64,000 bases of DNA from NCBI GenBank assembly GCA_046351675.1, contig JAXLYB010000002.1, positions 128,001 through 192,000 of the forward strand, written 5' to 3'. The notes under the pieces were generated by a model. It saw only the letters and a list, made by a program, of their open reading frames with translations, made no database searches and was not told where the DNA came from. Position numbers and translations under genes: made by a program. Shown piece by piece: positions 48,085-57,513 of this stretch; position 1 is the stretch's first letter; every line of letters starts with the position of its first letter. This stretch comes from Myxococcaceae bacterium. GTDB lineage: Bacteria > Myxococcota > Myxococcia > Myxococcales > Myxococcaceae.

Positions 48085-49445
48085 AGCTCTCTCGCCGTCA
48101 CCTCCTGCGCGGTGCGGGCGCGGTGCTCGCGCTGCCCGCCCTCGACGCGATGTTCGATTCCAACGGGCTCGCGTTCGCCGCCGACGGGATGCCGCCGCCG
48201 CGCCGCTTCATGACCTGGTTCTTCGGCAACGGCGTCATCCGCAGCAAGTGGACGCCCGCGCAAGTGGGCACCAGCTACGTGCCGACCGAGCAGCTCGCGC
48301 CGCTGGTCGACGCCGCGCGCAACATCGACGTGCGCGGTGACGTGTCGGTGCTCTCGGGCTTCAACGTGAAGACGCCCAACGTGCGCGGCCACCACAACGG
48401 CGCCGGCGCGTTGCTCTCGGGCGCGCCCGTCATTCCGCTGCCGCCCGGCGGTGCGCCGTACAACTCGAAGTTCGGAATGATGTCGGTCGACCAGGTCGCC
48501 GCCGACGCCATCGCGGGCGACACGCGCTTCAAGTCGCTGCAGCTCGCGGTGAGCAAGCGCTACACGACCGGCGAGGGCCCGACGCTCGCCAACTGCTCGC
48601 ACCGCGGCCCCGACTCGCCGATGCCGCAGGAAGTGAACCCCGCGCGCCTCTTCAACACGGTGTTCGGCGGCTTCACCCCGAAGGACCCGCGCGACCCGAG
48701 AGATCAGCTCCGAGCCTCGGTGCTCGACGCCGTGAAGGACGACGCGAAGGCGCTGCAGGGCAAGCTGGGCGCGCGCGACCGGGCGCGGCTCGACGCGCAC
48801 CTCACCGGCGTGTCCGAGCTGCGCACCCGCATTCTCGCGCTCCCGCCGGTCATCACCTCGTCGTGCGCGCTGCCGATGCAGCCCACGCAGACCAACGTCG
48901 ACGTGAGCGGCGTCGAGCCCATCGAGCAGGTGTCGACGCTGATGAGCGACCTGCTGGCGATGGCGTTCGCGTGCGACCTGACCCGCGTCGCCTCGTTTCA
49001 GTTCTCGGGCTCGGTGGGCGGGCACTGCTTCAAGTTCCTCACGCCGAACGACCCGCGCGACACCGAGCACTCCATCACCCACGACGCCGCGCAGCAGGAC
49101 AAGGTGAACGAGGCGGTGAAGTTCACGATGCGGAACTTCGCGTACACGCTCGCGGCGCTGAAGAAGACGATGGACAGCCCGACCACCAACGTCTTGCAGA
49201 ACACGGTGGTGCTCTGCACGAGCGACGTCGCCGAGGGCATCGACCATTCCATCAACGACTACCCGGTGCTGCTCGCCGGCCGCGCGGGTGGCGCGCTCAA
49301 GTCGGGCTACCACTTCCGGTCCACCACGGGCCGCAACACGAGCGACATCCTCCTCACCGCGCTCACCGCGCTGGGCACCGGCATCTCGTCGGTCGGCAAG
49401 GACAGCGGGCTCTCGACGACGCCCATCGCCGAGCTGCTCGCCTGA
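48081..49445 (+). CDS. DUF1552-family Tat-exported protein (partner of DUF1592)
   Basis: GTGA overlap. SRRHLLRGAGAVLALPALDAMF twin-arginine signal. Conserved body also seen in the paralog at 60204-61769. Confidence 0.75.
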   Translation: MKLSRRHLLRGAGAVLALPALDAMFDSNGLAFAADGMPPPRRFMTWFFGNGVIRSKWTPAQVGTSYVPTEQLAPLVDAARNIDVRGDVSVLSGFNVKTPNVRGHHNGAGALLSGAPVIPLPPGGAPYNSKFGMMSVDQVAADAIAGDTRFKSLQLAVSKRYTTGEGPTLANCSHRGPDSPMPQEVNPARLFNTVFGGFTPKDPRDPRDQLRASVLDAVKDDAKALQGKLGARDRARLDAHLTGVSELRTRILALPPVITSSCALPMQPTQTNVDVSGVEPIEQVSTLMSDLLAMAFACDLTRVASFQFSGSVGGHCFKFLTPNDPRDTEHSITHDAAQQDKVNEAVKFTMRNFAYTLAALKKTMDSPTTNVLQNTVVLCTSDVAEGIDHSINDYPVLLAGRAGGALKSGYHFRSTTGRNTSDILLTALTALGTGISSVGKDSGLSTTPIAELLA

Positions 49446-49475
49446 GCGCCCAGAAGTGCTTTCATCACCCGCGCG

Positions 49476-50582
49476 ATGAGCGCTGATGACGCCGCGGGCC
49501 TGCACCGACCGAGGAAGGCCGCGCGCTGGTTGCTCGCGACGCTCGGCATCGCGGTGCTGCTCGCGGTCGGCACGCTGGTGGCGCTGCAGCAGACCTTTCG
49601 CCGGCTCGGAGTCGACGCGCAGGCCCGCTACCTCGCGCTGAAGCAACCGTGGCTGCACGCGGGCACGCGCGACGGCGACGAGCTGGAATGCATCAACGCC
49701 GCGATGTTGAGCGCGAGCCCGCCGTCGGTCGACGACCTGCGCGCCGGGAAGGCGGTCACGCCCGAGGCGTTGAACGAATCGGCGGCGTGGGTCGACCGCG
49801 TGCTCGACTGCACCGAGCGACGCGCGCTCTTGCAGGACCCGGAGCACCTCGTCGGCTGGGGCAAGGACGAGCCGGTGCAGCAGCGCAGTGACGTGGTGTT
49901 CTCGGCGGCGGTGAAGGTCGCCGCGCAGCGGGGCGCGACCGAGGAGAACGCCGAGCGTTGCGTGCGTTTGCTGCGGCTCGCCGCCGACCTCTCGCAGCTC
50001 GGAGAGACCTGGTCACTCAACCCGCGCGAGACGGTGCTCGAGGCGCTCGGCCCGTGCCTGAGCGTGCTGGCGAAGGTCGAGTCCCGGGCCGAGCGCGCGA
50101 AGCAGGTCGACGAGGTGGGCGCGCGCTTCATCTCCAACCGCCGCACGGTGGAAGAGATCAACGCCCACTGGGAGACGCGCTCGCTCTGGCGGTGGATTCC
50201 GCCCGAGCAGCGACGAATGCCTGCGCCGCAGTCGGTCGAGCAGCAGTGGTGGATGGAGTGGGACGAAGCGCGCGCGGTGCGGCGCATGCACGCGTTCGCG
50301 GTGCAGCTCGCCGAGGTGGCCGACACGCCGGGGCCGGAACGGGAGGCGCGCTCGAAGGCGCTCGACGACGCGGGCCGTACTCTGCTTGACGACACGCGCA
50401 AGCCCGAGCTCGAGCGGTTTCTGCAGGAAGCCGACGTGGTGCACGCCACGCTGAAGTGGGCCGCGGCGGTGTTGCGGCGCGAGTCGCCGACGTTGCCCGA
50501 TGGCGCCCGCCTCGATGGCACGACTGTCGAGTTGCGGCTGCGCGCGCTCGGTAGCTATCGCGTGCCGCTACCGGCCGAGTGA
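49476..50582 (+). CDS. Hypothetical membrane-anchored protein
   Basis: One N-terminal transmembrane helix (WLLATLGIAVLLAVGTLVAL). The rest is helical. Confidence 0.45.
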   Translation: MSADDAAGLHRPRKAARWLLATLGIAVLLAVGTLVALQQTFRRLGVDAQARYLALKQPWLHAGTRDGDELECINAAMLSASPPSVDDLRAGKAVTPEALNESAAWVDRVLDCTERRALLQDPEHLVGWGKDEPVQQRSDVVFSAAVKVAAQRGATEENAERCVRLLRLAADLSQLGETWSLNPRETVLEALGPCLSVLAKVESRAERAKQVDEVGARFISNRRTVEEINAHWETRSLWRWIPPEQRRMPAPQSVEQQWWMEWDEARAVRRMHAFAVQLAEVADTPGPEREARSKALDDAGRTLLDDTRKPELERFLQEADVVHATLKWAAAVLRRESPTLPDGARLDGTTVELRLRALGSYRVPLPAE

Positions 50583-50625
50583 CTCCTCCTCACCCCGACC
50601 CGGTCTTCACGTAGTCTCCGCGCCC

Positions 50626-53600
50626 ATGCGTTCCCCCTGGGTGCTCTTCACCGCGGCGCTCGCCGCGACGGTGGCGTGGTCTGCCCCGTCTGACGTCGAC
50701 GTCTTCCTCTCTTCCAACCGCGTGACGCCGCTCAACCGCGAGCTCCCGCGCGACACCGCGGCGCTCGTCTCGACCGCGACCATCACGCAGACCGAGCCGC
50801 GCTTCGGCGTGCCGACCTTCGTGTTCGCCGCGCGCGACCCGCACGCGCCCGACCTGCGCCTCCAGGGCCTGACGCCCGAGGCCGTCGCTCGCCGCGCGCT
50901 CTTCGCGTGGGCGCCGCTCTACCGCCTCGACCCGGTCGCGCTCGCCGAGGCGCCGCTGCTGCACGTGCACGACCTCGGCACCGGCGCCGTCATCGTGCAG
51001 TTCGGCCAGCAGCTCGACGGCGTGCGCGTGTTCCACCAGCGCCTCAACGTGGTGCTGACGCAGAAGCTCGAGCTCGTCGCGCTCAGCGGTGCGCTCGCGC
51101 CGCTGCCGTGGGTCGACCACCGCTTCGCCCTCTCGCCCGAGAGCGCGCTCGCCGTCGCCTTCGAGGCCTCGTACGGCCTGGTGACCACCGACGGCGCGTT
51201 CCGCTCGAGCGGCTTCGACTTCGCCGGCGCGCAGCGCTTCGACGCGTCGAACCTCGAGTCCCATGACGTCTCGCTCGCGCGCACCCGCCGCGTGCTCTAC
51301 CCCGACGTCGACCAGAAGCAGCTGGTGCCCGCCTTCCACGTCGAGCTCGACGCCGCGCCGCGCGGCAGCACCGACGCGCAGATGTTCAGCTGCGTCATCA
51401 GCGCGCTCGACGGCCGTGTGCTCTCGCGCCACTCGCTCACCGCGAACGACGCGTGGGACTACAAGGTGTGGGTCGACCCGGTGACGCTGCGGCCGCTCGA
51501 CGGCCCCAACGGCCGCGCGACGCCGCACCCCACGGGCCTGCCTGACAACACGGTGCTGCCCTTCGTCGCGCCGGTGGTGGTGCACGTCGGCAACGCGGGC
51601 TTGTCGACCAACGACGACTGGCTGCCCTCGACCGCGACGGTGACGACCGGCAACAACGTCGAGGCCTACGCCGACCTCGCTGCGCCCGACGGCTTCGGCG
51701 CGGGAGACCTGCGCGGCACGCCCACCGCCCCGGGCGCCTTCACCGACCTCTACGACGTGAGCCTCGACGTCGCGCCCGCCACGCAGCGCAACGCGGGCAT
51801 CACGCAGCTCTTCTACGACGTGAACTGGCTGCACGACGCGTTCTACGACAAGGGCTTCAACGAGGCGGCCGGCAACGCGCAGACCTCGAACTTCGGGCGC
51901 GGCGGCGCCGAGAACGACTCCATCAAGGCCGAGAGCCAGGACGTGGGCGGCCTCAACAACGCCAACATGTCGACGCCCGACGACGGCGCGCGCCCGCGCA
52001 TGCAGATGTTCGTGTGGCAGCCGCCCGCGCTCGCGACGCTGACGCTGCAGCCGGGCAACCTGACGCCGGCGGTGGGCACGGCGGCGTTCGGCCCGTCGTC
52101 GTTCAACCTGACCGCGAACGTGGTGCTCGCCAACGACGGCGTCGGGCCGACCAGCGACGCGTGCTCCGCCATCACCAACAACGTCACCGGCGCCATCGTG
52201 CTCGTCGACCGCGGCACCTGCACCTTCGAGAGCAAGGCGGTGCGCGTGCAGGCCGCGGGCGGCGTCGGCATGATTCTCGCCAACAACGCCGCCGGTGGTC
52301 CGCCCGCGCTGGGCGTCGACGCGGCCATCACCACGCCGCCGACCATTCCCTCGCTGTCGCTCACGCAGACCGACGGCAACGCGCTCAAGACGCAGCTGCT
52401 GGGCGGCCCGGTGAGCGCGACGATGCTGCGCGCCGCGGCGCTGCTGCGTGACGGCTCGGTCGACAACACCGTCGTCGCGCACGAGTGGGGCCACTACCTC
52501 TCGCACCGCCTCGTGCCCGGCCTGGGCTCACAGCAGGCCGCCGCGATGGGCGAGGGCTGGGGTGACACGGTCGGCATGCTGCTCACCGTCGAGGCGAGCG
52601 ACGCGAGCAAGCCTGGCAACGCGACCTTCGGCGGCGTCTACGCGATGGCCATCTGGGACACCGACTCGAACGTGGTGCCGACCAACGCCGCCTACTTCGG
52701 CATTCGCCGCGCGCCGTACTCGGTCGACTTCACGAAGAACGCGCTCACCTTCAGGCACATCGGTGATGGCGTCGCGTTGCCGACGCACCCGCTGGCGACC
52801 GCCGCGCCGGCGAACTCCGAGGTGCACAACGCCGGCGAAATCTGGGCGACCGCGCTGTGGGAGGTCTACGTGGCGCTGCTCCGCGCGACGCCGCGGCTCA
52901 CCTTCGCGCAGGCGCAAGACCGCATGTACCGCTACCTCGTGGGCTCGCTGAAGGCGACGCCGTCGGACCCGACGTACCTCGAGGCGCGCGACGCGTGGCT
53001 GGCGGTGGCGGCGGCGAACGACGTGGCCGACTTCCAGGCGCTCGCGGCGGCGTTCGCACGGCGCGGCATGGGCCAGGCAGCGATCGGCCCGGCGCGCAGC
53101 TCGACGACGTTGACCGGCGTGGTCGAAGACTTCGGCTGGGGCAACGAGGTGGCAACGACCAGCGCGACGCTGACCGACGACGACCCGCAGGACTTCTGTG
53201 ACCGCGACGGCGTGCTCGACGTCGGGGAACGCGGCCGGCTCCACGTCACGGTGAAGAACCTCGGCGTCGGCAACCTCGCCAACCTCACCGCGACGCTCAG
53301 CAGCACGGTGAGCGGAGTGACCTTCACGCCCGCGACGGTGCCGGTGTCGGCGCTCGCGCCGTACCAGGCGACGAGCTTCGACGTGGCGGTGCGCCTGCCG
53401 GCCTCGGTGACGGCGCGCTCGGCGCTCGACGTGACGGTGACGCTCGACGACCCCTCGCTGCGCCCCGCGACGCCGCGCACTCGCACGTTCAACTACACCA
53501 CGCAGCAAGACGTGGTCGCGTCGGCGTCGACGAGCGACGACTTCGAGGCCAGCCCGCTCGCGTGGACCTTCGACAACGCGGTGATGACGTCGGCGTACAA

Positions 53601-55332
53601 CTGGTCGCGCGCGGAGACGGATCCGCTCCACCACCTCGCGCACGGCCCCGACGCGGCCGCGCAGGCCGACCTGCGGCTCGTCAGCCCCCCGCTCGACGTC
53701 GGCACCGGCCCGTTCTCCTTCACGTACTCGAACCGCTGGTCCTTCGAATACACGGCGGGCGGTACGCCGACCGCGTGGGACGGAGCGGTGCTCGAGCTGT
53801 CGAACAACGCGGGCGCCACGTGGACCGACATCGGCGCGTCGGCCAGCCCCGGCTACGGCATCGCGCTCACGTCCACCTCGGGCAACGCGCTCGGCGGCCG
53901 CGCGGCGTGGGTCGGTGACAGCGCGGGCCAGCCGGCGTTCATCACCTCGACGGTGAACCTCGGCACCACCTACGCAGGCCAGACGGTGCGGGTGCGCTTC
54001 CGCATCTCGACCGACCAGGCGAGCGGCAAGACCGGGTGGGACCTCGACGACATCGCGTTCACCGGCCTCACCAACCGGCCGTTCCCCACCACCGGCAACC
54101 ACCGCGGCACGTGCTTGAACCGGCCGCCCATCGCGAACGCCGGCCCCGACCTCGTCGCCGACGAGCGCACGGTGGTGACGCTCACCTCGGCCGCGTCGAC
54201 CGACGCCGACGGCAACACGCTCACCGCGCGGTGGACGCAGACCGCCGGGCCGAGCGCGACGCTGACCAACGGCACCTTCACCGCGCCCGAGGTGAGCGCC
54301 GACACCACGCTCACCTTCGCGCTGGTGGTGAACGACGGCACGCTCGACTCGCTCGCACCCGACACGGTCGACGTGCTGGTGAAGCAGGTCAACCGCGCGC
54401 CGGTGGTGAGCGCCGGCGCCGACGCGACGTTCGAAGAGCGCGCCTCGTTCCAGTTGGTGGGCACCGCGACCGACCCCAATGGAGACCCGCTGACGCTGAC
54501 GTGGCGCCAGGTGTCGGGCCCGCTCGCGCTCGTCGGGGCGACCAACGCGCTCACGCTGCAGGGCGCGGCGCCCGAGGTGACCGCCGACGCGACGCTCGTC
54601 TTCGAGCTCGCAGCCAGCGACGGCACCACGTCGACCACCGACCAGGTCAGCGTCAGCGTGAAGCAGGTCAACCGCGCGCCGACGGTGCGGGCGTTCGCCG
54701 ATGGCTTCGTCGATTCCGGCGCGAGCGTGACGCTCACCGGCTTCGTGATGGATGCCGACGGCGACGCGACGACGCAGGCGTGGTCGCAGCTCGCGGGCCC
54801 GAGCGTGACGTTGAGCTCGACCACCGCGCTGTCACCGACGTTCACCGCGCCGGTCGTCACCAGCGACACGTCGCTCACGTTCCGCCTCGTGGCGAGCGAT
54901 GGGCAGGCGATGAGCACGCCGGGCGAGGTGACGCTGGTGGTGCGCGGACAGAACGCCGGCCCCATCGCGCGGCCTGGAGACGACGTGACGGTGGCCAGCG
55001 GCGGCACGGTGACGCTCGATGGCTCGGGCTCGAGTGACCCCGAGGGCGGGCCGCTCACCTTCGCGTGGGTGCAGGAAGGTGATGGCAGCCGGCTCACGTT
55101 CGATGACGCGAGCGCGGCGAAGCTGGTGGTGCATGCGCCGATCGTGAAGGCCCAGGAGCGGCTGTCGGTCACGTTGTACGTGCGCGATGCGCAGGGCGCG
55201 GTGGGCAATGCGACGGTGCACGTGACGGTGACGCCGGGGACGGCGGGCGGGTGTCAGTGCTCGGGTGGTGGGTTTGAGCCGGCGTGGCTGCTGGGGTTGT
55301 TCGTGCTGCGGCTCGCGCGGCGCCGCAAGTAG
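50626..55332 (+). CDS. M36 (fungalysin)-like zinc metalloprotease with FTP propeptide, PA domain, repeated PKD/cadherin-like domains and MYXO-CTERM tail
   Basis: Signal MRSPWVLFTAALAATVAWSAP. HExxH in VVAHEWGHYLSHRLV. PA-domain segment AIVLVDRGTCTFESKAVRVQAAGGVGMILANN. Five or more ~95-aa repeats (VNRAPVVSAGADATFEE...TLTWRQVSGP). Ending GGCQCSGGGFEPAWLLGLFVLRLARRRK. Confidence 0.6.
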   Translation: MRSPWVLFTAALAATVAWSAPSDVDVFLSSNRVTPLNRELPRDTAALVSTATITQTEPRFGVPTFVFAARDPHAPDLRLQGLTPEAVARRALFAWAPLYRLDPVALAEAPLLHVHDLGTGAVIVQFGQQLDGVRVFHQRLNVVLTQKLELVALSGALAPLPWVDHRFALSPESALAVAFEASYGLVTTDGAFRSSGFDFAGAQRFDASNLESHDVSLARTRRVLYPDVDQKQLVPAFHVELDAAPRGSTDAQMFSCVISALDGRVLSRHSLTANDAWDYKVWVDPVTLRPLDGPNGRATPHPTGLPDNTVLPFVAPVVVHVGNAGLSTNDDWLPSTATVTTGNNVEAYADLAAPDGFGAGDLRGTPTAPGAFTDLYDVSLDVAPATQRNAGITQLFYDVNWLHDAFYDKGFNEAAGNAQTSNFGRGGAENDSIKAESQDVGGLNNANMSTPDDGARPRMQMFVWQPPALATLTLQPGNLTPAVGTAAFGPSSFNLTANVVLANDGVGPTSDACSAITNNVTGAIVLVDRGTCTFESKAVRVQAAGGVGMILANNAAGGPPALGVDAAITTPPTIPSLSLTQTDGNALKTQLLGGPVSATMLRAAALLRDGSVDNTVVAHEWGHYLSHRLVPGLGSQQAAAMGEGWGDTVGMLLTVEASDASKPGNATFGGVYAMAIWDTDSNVVPTNAAYFGIRRAPYSVDFTKNALTFRHIGDGVALPTHPLATAAPANSEVHNAGEIWATALWEVYVALLRATPRLTFAQAQDRMYRYLVGSLKATPSDPTYLEARDAWLAVAAANDVADFQALAAAFARRGMGQAAIGPARSSTTLTGVVEDFGWGNEVATTSATLTDDDPQDFCDRDGVLDVGERGRLHVTVKNLGVGNLANLTATLSSTVSGVTFTPATVPVSALAPYQATSFDVAVRLPASVTARSALDVTVTLDDPSLRPATPRTRTFNYTTQQDVVASASTSDDFEASPLAWTFDNAVMTSAYNWSRAETDPLHHLAHGPDAAAQADLRLVSPPLDVGTGPFSFTYSNRWSFEYTAGGTPTAWDGAVLELSNNAGATWTDIGASASPGYGIALTSTSGNALGGRAAWVGDSAGQPAFITSTVNLGTTYAGQTVRVRFRISTDQASGKTGWDLDDIAFTGLTNRPFPTTGNHRGTCLNRPPIANAGPDLVADERTVVTLTSAASTDADGNTLTARWTQTAGPSATLTNGTFTAPEVSADTTLTFALVVNDGTLDSLAPDTVDVLVKQVNRAPVVSAGADATFEERASFQLVGTATDPNGDPLTLTWRQVSGPLALVGATNALTLQGAAPEVTADATLVFELAASDGTTSTTDQVSVSVKQVNRAPTVRAFADGFVDSGASVTLTGFVMDADGDATTQAWSQLAGPSVTLSSTTALSPTFTAPVVTSDTSLTFRLVASDGQAMSTPGEVTLVVRGQNAGPIARPGDDVTVASGGTVTLDGSGSSDPEGGPLTFAWVQEGDGSRLTFDDASAAKLVVHAPIVKAQERLSVTLYVRDAQGAVGNATVHVTVTPGTAGGCQCSGGGFEPAWLLGLFVLRLARRRK

Positions 55333-55378
55333 CCAGCTCCCTCTCCCTGCTGCGCAGGGAGAGGGAGATTTCAGATGA
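55331..55378. repeat. REP-like hairpin in a convergent gap
   Basis: ccctctccctgctgcgcagggagaggga. Confidence 0.5.
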
Positions 55379-56075
55379 TCCCCTGGGCTCGCAGCTCCGC
55401 GGTACGCACCGGCGTGTACTTCGGCGGCGCACCAACCCCGAGCCGCGCGCGCACCTCGTCGACCGGCAACGCGAGCAACTCTTCCCACCGCACCGCCGGC
55501 AAGAACGCCGCCCGCTTGCCGCGCACGAAGCCCTCGACCACCAGCCACGTGTCTTCCTGCGACAACCCACGCGCGAACGCGCCGCTGACGAGCAACGCGA
55601 TGCCAGGGTGCCAGTTCTGCCCGAGCGTGAACGCGAGCAGCGCGATTTCCCCGAGCACGTCACCCTTGTAGCCAGTCGCCGCGTGCCACAGGTCGTGCGT
55701 GTCGCGCAGGCGCTCGTGCTGGTAGCGGTACTCTTCGTCGACCTGCGTGGTCTCACCTTCCGCCGCCGCCGCGAGGATGCCCTGCGCGCTGATGTTCTCG
55801 CTCTCGACGAACGCGAGGTACGCGTGCGCGAGCGAGCCCGCCGGCATGGCCCGCAGCGCGTCGCGGTCGCTCAGCACCGGCACGATGTCGGGCCGCTGTT
55901 CCAACAGCGCCTGGCCGCCCGGCGCCGCGAGGATCTTCGCGCGCATGCGCTCCATCGCCGTTCCCGGCAACGCCTCGATGATGGTGAAGACCTTCGGCAG
56001 GTCATCGGGGTCGGCGAGCAGCGTCTTGAGCGCCTTTCCGGCGCGGATCACGTCGTAGCGGGGGCGAGCAGTCAT
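55371..56075 (-). CDS. Coq4-family protein
   Basis: HDLWHAATGY...E matches the Coq4 HDxxH-x10-13-E metal motif. ~235 aa. Confidence 0.6.
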   Translation of the reverse strand: MTARPRYDVIRAGKALKTLLADPDDLPKVFTIIEALPGTAMERMRAKILAAPGGQALLEQRPDIVPVLSDRDALRAMPAGSLAHAYLAFVESENISAQGILAAAAEGETTQVDEEYRYQHERLRDTHDLWHAATGYKGDVLGEIALLAFTLGQNWHPGIALLVSGAFARGLSQEDTWLVVEGFVRGKRAAFLPAVRWEELLALPVDEVRARLGVGAPPKYTPVRTAELRAQGII

Positions 56076-56099
56076 GGCGGGTTTCTCCGGTCGTCGACT

Positions 56100-56166
56100 T
56101 ATCGACAAGCTTGTTTATAACTTTGCCGACAACCCTGTCAACAACAACAAACAACCTTGTCGATGA
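56100..56166. promoter_or_regulatory. AT-rich divergent promoter/operator region with palindromes (AACAAGCTTGTT core; TATCGACAAG...CTTGTCGATA outer inverted repeat)
   Basis: atcgacaagcttgtttataactttgccgacaaccctgtcaacaacaacaaacaaccttgtcgatga. This is the lowest-GC 70 bp in the window. It lies between the divergent coq4-like and tetR genes. Confidence 0.4.
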
Positions 56167-56203
56167 CGTTGCGTCTCCGCGAGCGCGGTGTCACACCCTG
56201 CGC

Positions 56204-56806
56204 ATGGCGAAACGAGAGCCCGCACCGAGGAAGCGACGGAGCGCCGAGGACGCGCGCGAGGCCATTCTCGACGCCGCCGAGCACCAGCTGCGCGAGGTGG
56301 GCCCCGGCGGCCTGCGCCTGCAAGACATCGGCAAGGCGGTCGGCATGTCGCACCCCACCGTGCTGCACCACTTCGGCAGCCGCGAGGGCCTGCTCGAGGC
56401 GGTGGTCGCCCGCGCGCTCAGCTCGGTGCAGGAAGGCCTGATGCAGGCGGTCATCGCCAGCGAGGGCACCGACGACGTGGTGCGCCTGCTCGAGGAGGTC
56501 AGCAAGAAGCTGAAGGCCGACGGCCGCGCGCGCATGTTCCTGTGGCTCGCGCTGGCCGGCTACGGCGAGGGCGTGAAGGGCCTGCAGGTGCGCACGCTCG
56601 CCGAGGGGATTCACGAAGAGCGCAAGAAGCGCTGGGCCCCGCGCAAGGCGCCGCCGTTCGAAGACACGTGGTTCACGGTGATGATGCCCGCGCTCGCGCT
56701 CCTTTCCCTCTCGGTGCTCGAAGACTGCGCCGACCCTGACTTCGACCCCGCGCGGTTCCGCGCCTTCCTCGCGAAGGTGGTGCACCACCACCTGGAGAAC
56801 GGCTGA
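56204..56806 (+). CDS. TetR/AcrR-family transcriptional regulator
   Basis: REAILDAAEHQLREVGPGGLRLQDIGKAVGMSHPTVLHHFGSREGL helix-turn-helix. Confidence 0.8.
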   Translation: MAKREPAPRKRRSAEDAREAILDAAEHQLREVGPGGLRLQDIGKAVGMSHPTVLHHFGSREGLLEAVVARALSSVQEGLMQAVIASEGTDDVVRLLEEVSKKLKADGRARMFLWLALAGYGEGVKGLQVRTLAEGIHEERKKRWAPRKAPPFEDTWFTVMMPALALLSLSVLEDCADPDFDPARFRAFLAKVVHHHLENG

Positions 56807-57513
56807 TGCGCGCGCTGACGTGGAACGTGCTCCACCGCGTGCACGGCGAGCGTCACGGCGAAGAGGCGGTGAAGACCTGGCCCGACGAGGCGAGGCGCAC
56901 GCGGCGAATCCTCGAACTGCTCGACCACGCGCTCACGAAAGAGCGCTGCGAGGCCGTGCTGCTGCAGGAAGTGAGCGGCGACGTGCTCGCGGCGCTGCGG
57001 GAACGCTTCGACGCGGGCTTCAGCGTGGTGAACCACCGCTACGTGCGCGCGCCCCGCCCCACTCCCTCGGTGGACGACGCGAGCGAGCACCTGGTGGTCA
57101 TCGCGCCGAAGGGCAGCCGCACCGCGCAGGCCTCGGGCTACGCGAGCGACGGCGGCAAGGGCTTCCTCGCGGTGACGACGCCGGGCGGTGCGACGGTGGT
57201 GTCGACGCACGTGAGCTGGGGCGACAAGCGGGCTGATCAGCTCGTCGCGCTCGGCCAGGCCCTCGACCGGTGGACCGGCCTGGTGGTGGTGGGCGGCGAC
57301 TTCAACGTCGAGCTGCCTCCGGTGCAGCAAGCGCTGCGCGCGCACTCGTTGGTGCTCCCAGCCGACGGGCTCGCGACGCGCGAAGCCGAGGGGCGCCGCC
57401 TCTTCATCGACCACCTGCTGGTGCGCGCGGGCGAGCTGAAGACGCTGCGGGTGCTCGAGCACGAGGGGCTCTCGGACCACCGGCCCGTGCTCGGCGACGC
57501 GGTCAGTACTTGA
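56806..57513 (+). CDS. Endonuclease/exonuclease/phosphatase (EEP) family protein
   Basis: MRALTWNVLH...LQEV...GGDFNV...SDHRPV, the canonical EEP motif order. Start overlaps the tetR stop. Confidence 0.65.
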   Translation: MRALTWNVLHRVHGERHGEEAVKTWPDEARRTRRILELLDHALTKERCEAVLLQEVSGDVLAALRERFDAGFSVVNHRYVRAPRPTPSVDDASEHLVVIAPKGSRTAQASGYASDGGKGFLAVTTPGGATVVSTHVSWGDKRADQLVALGQALDRWTGLVVVGGDFNVELPPVQQALRAHSLVLPADGLATREAEGRRLFIDHLLVRAGELKTLRVLEHEGLSDHRPVLGDAVST

